Shown here: piece by piece, positions 8,645 to 16,063 of the stretch | How the letters are laid out: each line of letters opens with the position of its first letter | How positions within the stretch are numbered: the stretch's first letter is position 1 | IMG/VR virus record: IMGVR_UViG_3300034418_007342 | Span: 56,111 to 76,110 of that record | DNA length: 20,000 nucleotides | Strand: one strand, 5' to 3' | DNA from: an uncultured virus (IMG/VR IMGVR_UViG_3300034418_007342) | Taxonomy: Duplodnaviria; Heunggongvirae; Uroviricota; Caudoviricetes | The notes under the pieces: generated by a model | The model's database searches: none | What the model saw: the letters and a program-made list of their open reading frames with translations, nothing else | What the model was told of the DNA's origin: nothing | Made by a program: the position numbers and the translations under genes

Positions 8645-8914
8645 TTAAACCAAGTCAACTTGAACAGGCGTAATGCTACCATCCACGCCGTTATAATTAA
8701 AGCCAAAACCAACAGGCATTTCTTTGTCGCCCCGACGTTTTGCATGACGACGTTCTTGTGCCAAATTCATAAGAGCCATCTGGGTTGCTGTCGCATGCAT
8801 GTCAGTGCAGATATCGGCAGTGCCAGCTACCGTGGTGTAAAAACCAACACCATCGACAATAACACGAATACGTTGGCTGTTTTTGAAGCCGCCGATAAAA
8901 GTAGGTGTACGCAT
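8645..8914 (-). CDS. Hypothetical protein (89 aa)
   Basis: AAAAGGAG RBS and own promoter. Confidence 0.75.
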   Translation of the reverse strand: MRTPTFIGGFKNSQRIRVIVDGVGFYTTVAGTADICTDMHATATQMALMNLAQERRHAKRRGDKEMPVGFGFNYNGVDGSITPVQVDLV

Positions 8915-8944
8915 TTCAAACTCCTTTTCTTACACTATGCCTAT

Positions 8945-9001
8945 ATTATAGCAAAATGACGAATTTCGAGCAAGTACTACTTTAGTAGTAATACTTTAGT
9001 A
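8945..9001 (-). promoter_or_regulatory. Early-type promoter with two tandem TACT-WW-AGTA palindromes
   Basis: TACTAAAGTA at 9001-8992 and 8987-8978, 4 nt, TTGCTC (8973-8968), 17 nt, extended TGc-TATAAT (8950-8945). Confidence 0.75.
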
Positions 9002-9241
9002 CTACCATTCTTTCTTGCCGCCCAAGTCTTCGTTCCAGTCATAGCCCGCATTGTATTCGGCTATCTGATCCTTGGTCATAAAACGCTCTTCGATCTCGTC
9101 ACTTTGATAAGTGGCATCTGTGAAAAAGTGTGGGCGACGTGGACGGCTGTACCAACTATCGGCGCTACCACGGTCGAATGGGCCACCGTGACGACCATCG
9201 TAAAATTTACCCCGATACTCTCGAATTTCTGTGCTTTGCAT
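9002..9241 (-). CDS. Hypothetical phage protein (79 aa)
   Basis: AAAAGGAG RBS and own promoter; RHGGPFDRGSADSWY...IAEYNAGY. Confidence 0.8.
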   Translation of the reverse strand: MQSTEIREYRGKFYDGRHGGPFDRGSADSWYSRPRRPHFFTDATYQSDEIEERFMTKDQIAEYNAGYDWNEDLGGKKEW

Positions 9242-9271
9242 TTATTACTCCTTTTCTTAACTGATGCCATA

Positions 9272-9314
9272 ATTGTAGCAAAAAACGGAATATTCTGCAA
9301 GTACTACTAAAGTA
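9272..9314 (-). promoter_or_regulatory. Early-type promoter with TACT-WW-AGTA palindrome
   Basis: TACTTTAGTA (9314-9305), 4 nt, TTGCAG (9300-9295), 17 nt, extended TGc-TACAAT (9277-9272). Confidence 0.7.
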
Positions 9315-9322
9315 TTATTTTT

Positions 9323-10462
9323 TTAGGATGTTATTGATTCTTTTGCGATAGGGTACATTCCTGCGATAAATCCTGTCAGTTTTTCCCCTTCTGCTACTGT
9401 TTGAAAATATTTGTTTTCAATTACAGAATGCAACCCTTGCATTGTTTCAAAGAAATGATAATTAAGTTTGTCATTCATTGCTGGATCAAGATCCATGAGC
9501 GCTAGATCCCACGCAAAATTAAAATTGCTCCATTTAGATCCTTGGAAAAAGTTAAGATCTACTTCTGGATAAATTATTGCTCTAATACAATTTTCGTAGA
9601 ACTCCCTGGCTCTTGGTGTTTGCGGCCACCGTATAAATTGTTTGAACATTGGATTTTCTTCAAAAAACCTTACAATTAAATGGCACTGCTTTGCAATCAT
9701 TCTTGCACTACTGGGATGCCAATAAAAATATTCTGTTCTTTCATTGTTAAGTTCCGAAGTTGTTGCAAAACCAACTTGATCTAAGAAATACAATTTGTAA
9801 GTATTGTCCTGTAAACATACTCTTGGTTTACATATACCCCAGATGATAATACTATTTTGCATTGTACTGATACGTTTTTCGATTGAAGATATATTATCTA
9901 TACTCCATCTTTTGTCAGCAAAATACGCTAGGTTTGTTCCTCTATGCAAACTAAAATCATCATCTATTTTATAATTGCTGTATCCATCAGTCCAATCATA
10001 AACAGTAATTTTAGTTTCGGGATGATTTTGTCTCATCCACTGTAGTTTGGGTTTTACAGTTAATTCCCATTCAGACAATTGATTGACATCTTTATAGTCC
10101 CATGGATCAGTACCTCGTACTTCTGAAAGTTTTACTGCCCATGAGACTACGATTTCGTCGATTTTCAGATTATTTTTTATAAATGCATTTAGTATATTGT
10201 GACTGTCAGAACCACCACTAAAAGCAAGTATTACATAATCGTAAGTTTGCCTTATCTCCTTTGCTCTTTGCGAATACAATTCACTGAGACTCTCCTCTGG
10301 CTCTTCAGACCAAGAAAATTTATCGAAAACATCATTGTTGAAGACCCATTCAGGGTGTATGTTTCTTTCTGTACCATCTATTAAGGCAGCAACCTTATTC
10401 AAATGAATTTTGTCGCCGACTTGATAGTAGCCTAGTCTCATTGAGGAAGGAGAATAAAGCAT
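9323..10462 (-). CDS. PP-loop (adenine nucleotide alpha-hydrolase/HUP superfamily) protein, substrate unknown
   Basis: YVILAFSGGSDSHNIL (SGGxDS) followed by IDEIVV; AGAGG RBS; starts 11 nt after the tctC stop. Confidence 0.75.
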   Translation of the reverse strand: MLYSPSSMRLGYYQVGDKIHLNKVAALIDGTERNIHPEWVFNNDVFDKFSWSEEPEESLSELYSQRAKEIRQTYDYVILAFSGGSDSHNILNAFIKNNLKIDEIVVSWAVKLSEVRGTDPWDYKDVNQLSEWELTVKPKLQWMRQNHPETKITVYDWTDGYSNYKIDDDFSLHRGTNLAYFADKRWSIDNISSIEKRISTMQNSIIIWGICKPRVCLQDNTYKLYFLDQVGFATTSELNNERTEYFYWHPSSARMIAKQCHLIVRFFEENPMFKQFIRWPQTPRAREFYENCIRAIIYPEVDLNFFQGSKWSNFNFAWDLALMDLDPAMNDKLNYHFFETMQGLHSVIENKYFQTVAEGEKLTGFIAGMYPIAKESITS

Positions 10463-10473
10463 GTTTTACCTCT

Positions 10474-11391
10474 TTACTTCAATAGTTTTTCGGTATCTTT
10501 GATTTGCTTGTTAATAAACACTTCTGCATCTGCACCTGGAGTCCAATCTACAGGAGCAAAAGCAACCTCTGCAAATTCTTTGAAACTATCAGTGGTAATA
10601 ATAGATTTCATACGATCTGCTAGTTTGGCTTTGTAAGCAGGATCCATATCTGCATTCACAGTAAGTCCTAGCCATAGACCAAATGTTTTCATATTTTGAT
10701 TAACTGAATCAAAGTTTGGCTTATCTTTAAGAATGCTGTTTTGCTTGATCATGTTGTAGCCTACAATTTGAAATTTGCCTGCTTTGGCTGCTTTGTAACC
10801 TACGCCTGGATCTAGCGCCAAGTCCAAATCACCTTTTGAAAGTGCTGGCAAAATTTCTGGGCCTTTCTTGAAAGGAACAACAACTAAGTTCAAATTGTAT
10901 TCTTTTGCCAACCATGCAATTTGGGCACGGTGTACACCAGTAAAGCCGCCTACTTTAATTGGCCGGTCAAAACTCCTTAGGTAAGACATCAGTGTATCCC
11001 AGGAATTAACTCCTTTAACACTGTTGGGTACATACCATAGTGTTGGTTCATCGCTGTACTTAACAAGAATTGATTTGTCGCTTACACCGATATCTTTGTC
11101 TTTGTGTACAAAACGGTTTTGTACCCATACACTACTACCATGGCAAAGAACTTTAGTTTTACTAGAGTTATTGCTCATTTCCCTAGCAGCCAAAATTCCA
11201 TCAGCACCGGTTTTAACATTGATTTTAACTGTTTCGTTGAATTTTTGTTCATACTCACTAAACATTTTTCGACAGATTCGATCTAGAAGTCCACCACCGT
11301 GTGTGAGGAAGGCTTCAAGTTGTTGTGCGTAAGAAAAATTAATAGTGCCAAGTGTTAGCGCACCTGTTAATAAGATTGATTTAAATTTCAT
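10474..11391 (-). CDS. tctC: Tripartite tricarboxylate transporter substrate-binding protein (TctC/Bug family), divergent
   Basis: Signal peptide (MKFKSILL...SYA/QQ), GGGLLDRICR, KTGADGILA, VPFKKGPEILPALSKGDLD, WLGL; downstream of tctA. Confidence 0.8.
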   Translation of the reverse strand: MKFKSILLTGALTLGTINFSYAQQLEAFLTHGGGLLDRICRKMFSEYEQKFNETVKINVKTGADGILAAREMSNNSSKTKVLCHGSSVWVQNRFVHKDKDIGVSDKSILVKYSDEPTLWYVPNSVKGVNSWDTLMSYLRSFDRPIKVGGFTGVHRAQIAWLAKEYNLNLVVVPFKKGPEILPALSKGDLDLALDPGVGYKAAKAGKFQIVGYNMIKQNSILKDKPNFDSVNQNMKTFGLWLGLTVNADMDPAYKAKLADRMKSIITTDSFKEFAEVAFAPVDWTPGADAEVFINKQIKDTEKLLK

Positions 11392-11420
11392 TAATTTCTC
11401 CGTAATAAAGTCATAGACAA

Positions 11421-11450
11421 ATTATACTTTTTTGTATAAAACATTGTCAA
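11421..11450 (-). promoter_or_regulatory. Consensus sigma70 promoter for tctC with overlapping palindrome
   Basis: TTGACA (11450-11445), 18 nt, TATAAT (11426-11421); TTATAC-N6-GTATAA inverted repeat at 11422-11439. Confidence 0.8.
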
Positions 11451-11464
11451 TAGTTTTGGTTTAA

Positions 11465-11578
11465 TGCTTGCGAGAATTCGCTTACGGACGGCGTTCTGTT
11501 GTAACACAACAGTAAAAGAGTTTTGCTACTCTAAGCGTCGATTGATTGTTCCGACGTCACATCATTGTGGCGTTGCTA
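11465..11578 (-). ncRNA. Candidate structured RNA (family not recognised)
   Basis: About 115 nt of non-coding sequence, GC-richer than its flanks, forming five consecutive hairpins and starting just after TAAATA (11588-11583). Confidence 0.55.
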
Positions 11579-11581
11579 GAA

Positions 11582-13066
11582 TTATTTAGTCAACTGTCGA
11601 TGTAAGTAATTAAATTTTCTGACAAAACTCCAAAGTATAAAGATTACACTAATTGACAAAAAGAACAAACTTATATTGCTTTCTAAAAATTTCATAAAAC
11701 TGCCATCTGAAATCGTTAGTGTTCGCCTTAGGTTTTCTTCAAATAAAGGTCCTATAATATATCCAAAGATTAAAGGCGCTGACTCTAACTTACAGAATAT
11801 AAAAACAATACCCAACAAAGTAAAAAATATAGCAGTGCCTACATCAAACCAACTCTCTTTGATAAAATAGACTCCAACTAATGCTATGGAAATTAATAAA
11901 GGATATAAAATAGATTTTGGATAACTTATAATCTTCATCCACATTTTTACAAATGGTATGTTTAGAAATAACAAAAACATATTGCCTAGAAGCATACTTG
12001 CTAGTAATCCCCAAAATAATTCAGGATACTCTGTAACGGTCCCGGGACCAGGTTGGACGCCATTTATAATCAGCGAAGACAGTATCAACGCCATAACTGG
12101 ATTTTCAGGAATTCCCAAAGTCAGCAATGGAATTAGGCTTGTTTGACTAGCAGCATTATTGGCACTTTCCGGGGCCGCAACTCCTTCTATTGCGCCCTTT
12201 CCAAAATCTTGTTTGTTTTTACTTACTTTTTTCTCTACTACATAAGCGGCGAAAGCACTCATAACTGCACCACCACCCGGAATCACACCCATTACTGTTC
12301 CTACTCCTGTACCTCTTAGTATACTAGGGATAACTCGTTTTAAATCCTGGAAACTAAATCTGAGTTTAAACTCCATGGGTTTATTTTCTAAGTTTTTGTC
12401 TAATAAATGCGTTACTAAGGCCGGCAATCCTAACACACCAATAACTAACGCTCCAACAGTAATGCCATCTACTAGTTCAAGTTGATTAAGTGTGAATCTT
12501 TCTGTGGCAGAATTTATGTCTGTGCCAACAGTTCCTAATAGCATGCCAATACAGGCCATGCCCAAACCTGTCACAAGGTTTTCACTAGTAATTACACTAA
12601 TGCTTATTATACCCAATAACATTAAACTGGCAAACTCTGTTGGTCCGAACTCAAAAGCAATGTCACTTAGTGCTGGAGCGGCAAAGGCAATGGCAAATAC
12701 TGCAAAGATACCAGCAACAAAACTGCCTATGCCTGCTGAGATAATTGCTTCGCTGGCCCTGCCTTGTTGTGCCATTGGATACCCATCTATACAAGTCATT
12801 ACTGTACTGGGTTCTCCTGGCACATTAAGCAAGATACTAGTATTGGATCCTCCATATTGTGCTCCATAGTAGATTCCTGCCATAAGAATAATACTAGTAA
12901 TAGGATCAAAACCGTAGGTAAAGGGTAAAAGAATACTTAAACAAATTACAGTACCGATACCCGGTAGAATACCAATAGCAGTGCCTAACAAACAACCTGC
13001 AATTAGAAACAATAAATTATTAATTTCAAATACTGTTTGAAATCCGAGCAAAAGATTGTCTATCAT
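11582..13066 (-). CDS. tctA: Tripartite tricarboxylate transporter permease TctA
   Basis: IGILPGIG, IYYGAQYGGS, ILLNVPGEP, DGYPMAQQGRA, GVIPGGGA, EGVAAPESANNA, IPLLTLGIP, GVQPGP, EENLRR. Confidence 0.95.
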   Translation of the reverse strand: MIDNLLLGFQTVFEINNLLFLIAGCLLGTAIGILPGIGTVICLSILLPFTYGFDPITSIILMAGIYYGAQYGGSNTSILLNVPGEPSTVMTCIDGYPMAQQGRASEAIISAGIGSFVAGIFAVFAIAFAAPALSDIAFEFGPTEFASLMLLGIISISVITSENLVTGLGMACIGMLLGTVGTDINSATERFTLNQLELVDGITVGALVIGVLGLPALVTHLLDKNLENKPMEFKLRFSFQDLKRVIPSILRGTGVGTVMGVIPGGGAVMSAFAAYVVEKKVSKNKQDFGKGAIEGVAAPESANNAASQTSLIPLLTLGIPENPVMALILSSLIINGVQPGPGTVTEYPELFWGLLASMLLGNMFLLFLNIPFVKMWMKIISYPKSILYPLLISIALVGVYFIKESWFDVGTAIFFTLLGIVFIFCKLESAPLIFGYIIGPLFEENLRRTLTISDGSFMKFLESNISLFFLSISVIFILWSFVRKFNYLHRQLTK

Positions 13067-13236
13067 TTCTTGACTCCGTTAAGTACCCCTAATAATATTA
13101 AAAATAATCCCAAAGCCAACGGAAAAAATCCTGGGCCCATTTTAGACAACGAGCCAATTTTGTAAAATATAACTGCGCCGATGCTAAAATAGGCACCAAT
13201 GCTACAAAACAGTAAACTGGTAATAATTTTTTTCAT
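13063..13236 (-). CDS. tctB: Mini TctB-like membrane subunit (57 aa, about 2 TM helices)
   Basis: Below the track cut-off; MKKIITSLLFCSIGAYFSIGAVIFYKIGSLSKMGPGFFPLALGLFLILLGVLNGVKK. Has the TctB GxxxxMGPGxFP motif and ATGA overlaps at both ends. Confidence 0.8.
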   Translation of the reverse strand: MKKIITSLLFCSIGAYFSIGAVIFYKIGSLSKMGPGFFPLALGLFLILLGVLNGVKK

Positions 13237-13616
13237 GTATTGATTTCTAAGTTTTCCAAATAACTTCTTAGATCGCCGTCCATTAATGATAACATACTTG
13301 CTTCTGTTTCGTCAAACACAATTATTTTTTTATTTTGAAACAAGTAGTAAGGACCTTGAAAGTATCGTTCAAGTTGAATGAGGTTTTTACTGGACAACGG
13401 CGATTTTAATTTATACTCGTAACCTTTTAGTTTAACATTGTCCATTAAAAATTGATAACCTACTAAGTTTAATCTGAGACTTTCATTATCTACAGGATTA
13501 AACCAGATACGGCGTTGCCATGTGCTTAGTTGTTGAACAGGTATATTCGACGAAGCTAGAAACACTTCGGTTAACTGTCTTTGTGTATACCTTTTAGGGG
13601 AAGATTTGGTCACCAC
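13233..13616 (-). CDS. Hypothetical phage protein (127 aa)
   Basis: ORF in operon; WFNP...SLRLNLVG...PYYL...DETEASMLSL. Start uncertain. Confidence 0.75.
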   Translation of the reverse strand: MVTKSSPKRYTQRQLTEVFLASSNIPVQQLSTWQRRIWFNPVDNESLRLNLVGYQFLMDNVKLKGYEYKLKSPLSSKNLIQLERYFQGPYYLFQNKKIIVFDETEASMLSLMDGDLRSYLENLEINT

Positions 13617-13881
13617 TTTTTAAAAGCACCACAGTGAATTGGTCAGTTTTAAAAAGCGTGTTCAATTTTTTAGCCAAGTTGATTGCGTGTCCGGGATTAC
13701 TAAAAGAAGTCTTTTTATACTTAGGACCTGGATAACTGACCAGCATGTTACCGGACTTTAAATTAATAGGTTTGTTTTCGTAAAACACAGCCCAAATACC
13801 TTCACTACTGAGTACTTGCTCAGTTTTATAGTTTTGTTTGTTGACATACTCGATTAGTACATTAGGTTTGGGTCTACTCAT
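13594..13881 (-). CDS. Hypothetical phage protein (95 aa)
   Basis: MSRPKP...GIWAVFY...GPKYKKTSFSNPGHAINLAKKLN; ATAAATA motif upstream. Confidence 0.8.
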   Translation of the reverse strand: MSRPKPNVLIEYVNKQNYKTEQVLSSEGIWAVFYENKPINLKSGNMLVSYPGPKYKKTSFSNPGHAINLAKKLNTLFKTDQFTVVLLKSGDQIFP

Positions 13882-13899
13882 TGAAGTTCTCTAGTATAT

Positions 13900-13906
13900 T
13901 ATTTAT
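13900..13906 (-). promoter_or_regulatory. Late-promoter-like ATAAATA motif
   Basis: GATAAATA in the 44-nt intergenic gap, 18 nt upstream of the ATG at 13881; resembles the T4 late promoter TATAAATA. Confidence 0.55.
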
Positions 13907-13925
13907 CTTTAAATGTGCGTAGTTT

Positions 13926-14144
13926 TTACCAATTGCCACCGTCCATACGCACATTGGTACTAGTTTCTCCACTATCCATTACAGTTTTGCTTAGTTTGGT
14001 GCAATAAGCAAGTAGTTCGTAAATTTCATTATGCAAACTACGTGCTTCATTGGCATTCAATGTTAAATTTTGTTTGTTAGTTTGGTTCATCAGTTTAACT
14101 TTGTCGTTAAACTTTTTAATGTGTAATGGCAAGTTACTTTCCAT
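13926..14144 (-). CDS. Hypothetical protein (72 aa)
   Basis: ORF overlapping the upstream gene; AAGG RBS-like sequence. Confidence 0.7.
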   Translation of the reverse strand: MESNLPLHIKKFNDKVKLMNQTNKQNLTLNANEARSLHNEIYELLAYCTKLSKTVMDSGETSTNVRMDGGNW

Positions 14145-14607
14145 TTGCTAACCTTAACTGTTCCTGCATTTCCAGTTTTGTTTTAAAAGGTCCTTGATAC
14201 TCATACCTATTAAGTGTAATAAACTTAGGACAAAAACTTTTGACCCAGCCATTATTAAATTTAATAATATAATGACCTGCACAATAGTAACTTTTACTTT
14301 TGCTGGTCTTGGTATAAATTGGAAATTGATGTTTTATATCGTACAAACTATTCCACGGTTTACCGTTAACAGGATACCCGTATAGTTCATGTTCTGTTTT
14401 TACGTCTTTGGATTTTTTATTTTCTTTGTCAAATACGATGTTGTAATCTTTACTCAATAGTTTAATGCTGGCGTACTTCTTACGTTCTGTCGAACTTACA
14501 TAAACTACACTACCATCGTCCACCATTTGAATAGTGGCAACTTTTTCGCCTTGGTTTTCTACTATCCAAAATTTATTTTTTAATACTGGTTTTGCAAACA
14601 CTGTCAT
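14134..14607 (-). CDS. Hypothetical phage protein (157 aa)
   Basis: AAGGA RBS; ATGA overlap; YTKTSKSKSYYCAGHY...CPKFITL...GPFKT. Confidence 0.8.
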   Translation of the reverse strand: MTVFAKPVLKNKFWIVENQGEKVATIQMVDDGSVVYVSSTERKKYASIKLLSKDYNIVFDKENKKSKDVKTEHELYGYPVNGKPWNSLYDIKHQFPIYTKTSKSKSYYCAGHYIIKFNNGWVKSFCPKFITLNRYEYQGPFKTKLEMQEQLRLANGK

Positions 14608-14759
14608 TGTTGTTGTCCTTGTTGATATCTATACTCTCTACGTAACCACCATTTGTACTGTTGAAAATATTGTTGAACTGTATGTGTGTCCATGTGCCAA
14701 GCACCACGCTCTTCGCAGTTTTCTAACCACATCTCGTGAAGCCATTGTCTAAATGTCAT
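14604..14759 (-). CDS. Small Trp-rich hypothetical protein (51 aa)
   Basis: Below the track cut-off; GGAG RBS; MTFRQWLHEMWLENCEERGAWHMDTHTVQQYFQQYKWWLRREYRYQQGQQQ; fills the gap exactly with ATGA overlaps at both ends. Confidence 0.75.
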   Translation of the reverse strand: MTFRQWLHEMWLENCEERGAWHMDTHTVQQYFQQYKWWLRREYRYQQGQQQ

Positions 14760-15742
14760 TGATACTCCGCACTTAAAAAGTCGCTGAAACTGGTAGCATG
14801 TTCGCTTAACCTGTTAAGTTCGTACTTGCCACAAAACTTAAGAAACTTAGCACCTACCATACTTACAGTTTTTGGTACAGCCATTGTTTTAATTGTTTCA
14901 TTAATTTTTACTTTTACTGCATCCGGTTGTGCAGTTAAGTCTACCAACACACGATTACGCTCATAGTCATCTAATACACGATGTTCATCACCATTATGAT
15001 CAACCCAACGTTGTAGCATTAGGTTATTCCAGTTAAAGCCTTTGTGACTTCTATCTTCGTATGCTTCCTGTAAGCCAACCTTATTCCTGCTACCTTTGGT
15101 GCGTACACCTGGATAGGCACTGAATATGTTATCTGTGGGATCACCGCGCATACATTTTTCAAATAAGATCCAACTTGGGTCTGGAATTTTTTTAGGTTCT
15201 TTGGTCTTCTTGTCTATTACAAGTTTGCCCCGTTTATCGAATATTCCCTCTATGGTATGCAATTCGTCTGCTATGCCATTGTATTGTTTGACATTAGTAT
15301 TTAGCAGTTGATGAAAGTCCGAATCTGAGGACACAATAATGTGCTCATCATTGGGGTGATTTTGTATCCAGCCTGCAATCAAATCATCTGCTTCAAGTTC
15401 AGGGTGTTGCAGAACGGTACAGTTAGTCTGTTCACGCAAGAACTGTTGCAGTGTGTCAAAAGTTTCCCAAAACAGTTTATCTTCTTCTTGTTCTGCTTCA
15501 GTTAAGGCAGCACGAGCAACCTGACGGTTCTTTTTGTAAGGTTCGTAGTAGTCTTTGCGCCAACTACGCCCTTCTAAACAAAAAACTACGTGATTGGCCT
15601 TTTGATCTCGCCAGGCTTTGTTAACGCTACCCAGTGTAACGTGTATGGCAAAACCCAGTCGGTCCCAAGTATCAGCCTGTCTATGTGCCGCATGCCGGGC
15701 ACGGAAAAATGTATTAGCAGTGTCAACTATTAGATATCGCAT
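14756..15742 (-). CDS. rnh: T4 RNase H-like 5'-3' exonuclease (PIN/FEN family)
   Basis: LIVDTAN, SWRKDYYEPYKKNR, LEADDLIA, IVSSDSDFHQL, MRGDPTDNI, YERNRVLVDL. Confidence 0.9.
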   Translation of the reverse strand: MRYLIVDTANTFFRARHAAHRQADTWDRLGFAIHVTLGSVNKAWRDQKANHVVFCLEGRSWRKDYYEPYKKNRQVARAALTEAEQEEDKLFWETFDTLQQFLREQTNCTVLQHPELEADDLIAGWIQNHPNDEHIIVSSDSDFHQLLNTNVKQYNGIADELHTIEGIFDKRGKLVIDKKTKEPKKIPDPSWILFEKCMRGDPTDNIFSAYPGVRTKGSRNKVGLQEAYEDRSHKGFNWNNLMLQRWVDHNGDEHRVLDDYERNRVLVDLTAQPDAVKVKINETIKTMAVPKTVSMVGAKFLKFCGKYELNRLSEHATSFSDFLSAEYQ

Positions 15743-15749
15743 AAGGATA

Positions 15750-15778
15750 ATAATAGCATATTATCCATTATGTGTCAA
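15750..15778 (-). promoter_or_regulatory. Sigma70 promoter for rnh (leaderless geometry)
   Basis: TTGACA (15778-15773), 17 nt, TGc-TATTAT (15755-15750), 7 nt, ATG; no SD sequence. Confidence 0.7.
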
Positions 15779-15839
15779 TGTATTTTGATAAATTATGAAA
15801 CTTCGGTTCTACCGCCTTGCCGTTTACGTACAGTATCAT
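15768..15839 (-). pseudogene. Gene remnant/recombination scar
   Basis: 23-aa ORF MILYVNGKAVEPKFHNLSKYIDT coupled by ATGA; another frame encodes GGRTEVS-stop, identical to the end of the 16063-16437 protein. Confidence 0.45.
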
Positions 15840-16063
15840 GTGTATTTTAACGTAATAAATGTTGCCAGTTCGGGATCTTCAACACAAACAACAACATTTA
15901 GGCTAAATTTATTTTTTATAGCCCAGTTTTTACCACCAATTTGACTGTGTAAGTGATAGGTTCTAGGACCTACATTTTTTTCTAGATACTCTTGAACAGT
16001 GTTACAACTTTTTTGAGGAATATTAAATTCCATTTGGAATTTTTTTTCAAACACACTAGGCAT
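15836..16063 (-). CDS. Hypothetical protein (75 aa)
   Basis: TAATG overlap, GAGGT RBS; ends DPELATFITLKYT. Confidence 0.7.
   Translation of the reverse strand: MPSVFEKKFQMEFNIPQKSCNTVQEYLEKNVGPRTYHLHSQIGGKNWAIKNKFSLNVVVCVEDPELATFITLKYT

Noticed and set aside
8974..9004. CRISPR-like or iteron repeat
   Set aside because: Only two 10-bp units with a 4-nt gap; better explained as tandem operator sites.
5348..9300. Alternative-frame minus ORFs (5348-5566, 5573-5821, 5954-6166, 8133-8339, 9076-9300)
   Set aside because: They overlap stronger genes in other frames and lack RBS or motif support.
9323..10462. Calling the PP-loop protein QueC
   Set aside because: It shares only SGGxDS, is much longer, has an N-terminal extension and lacks the C-terminal Zn-binding Cys cluster.
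11465..11578. tRNA, glycine or c-di-GMP riboswitch, or simple terminator
   Set aside because: No T-loop/cloverleaf; GCAAAACUCU resembles those riboswitches only locally, without their other conserved elements; no U tract after the stems.
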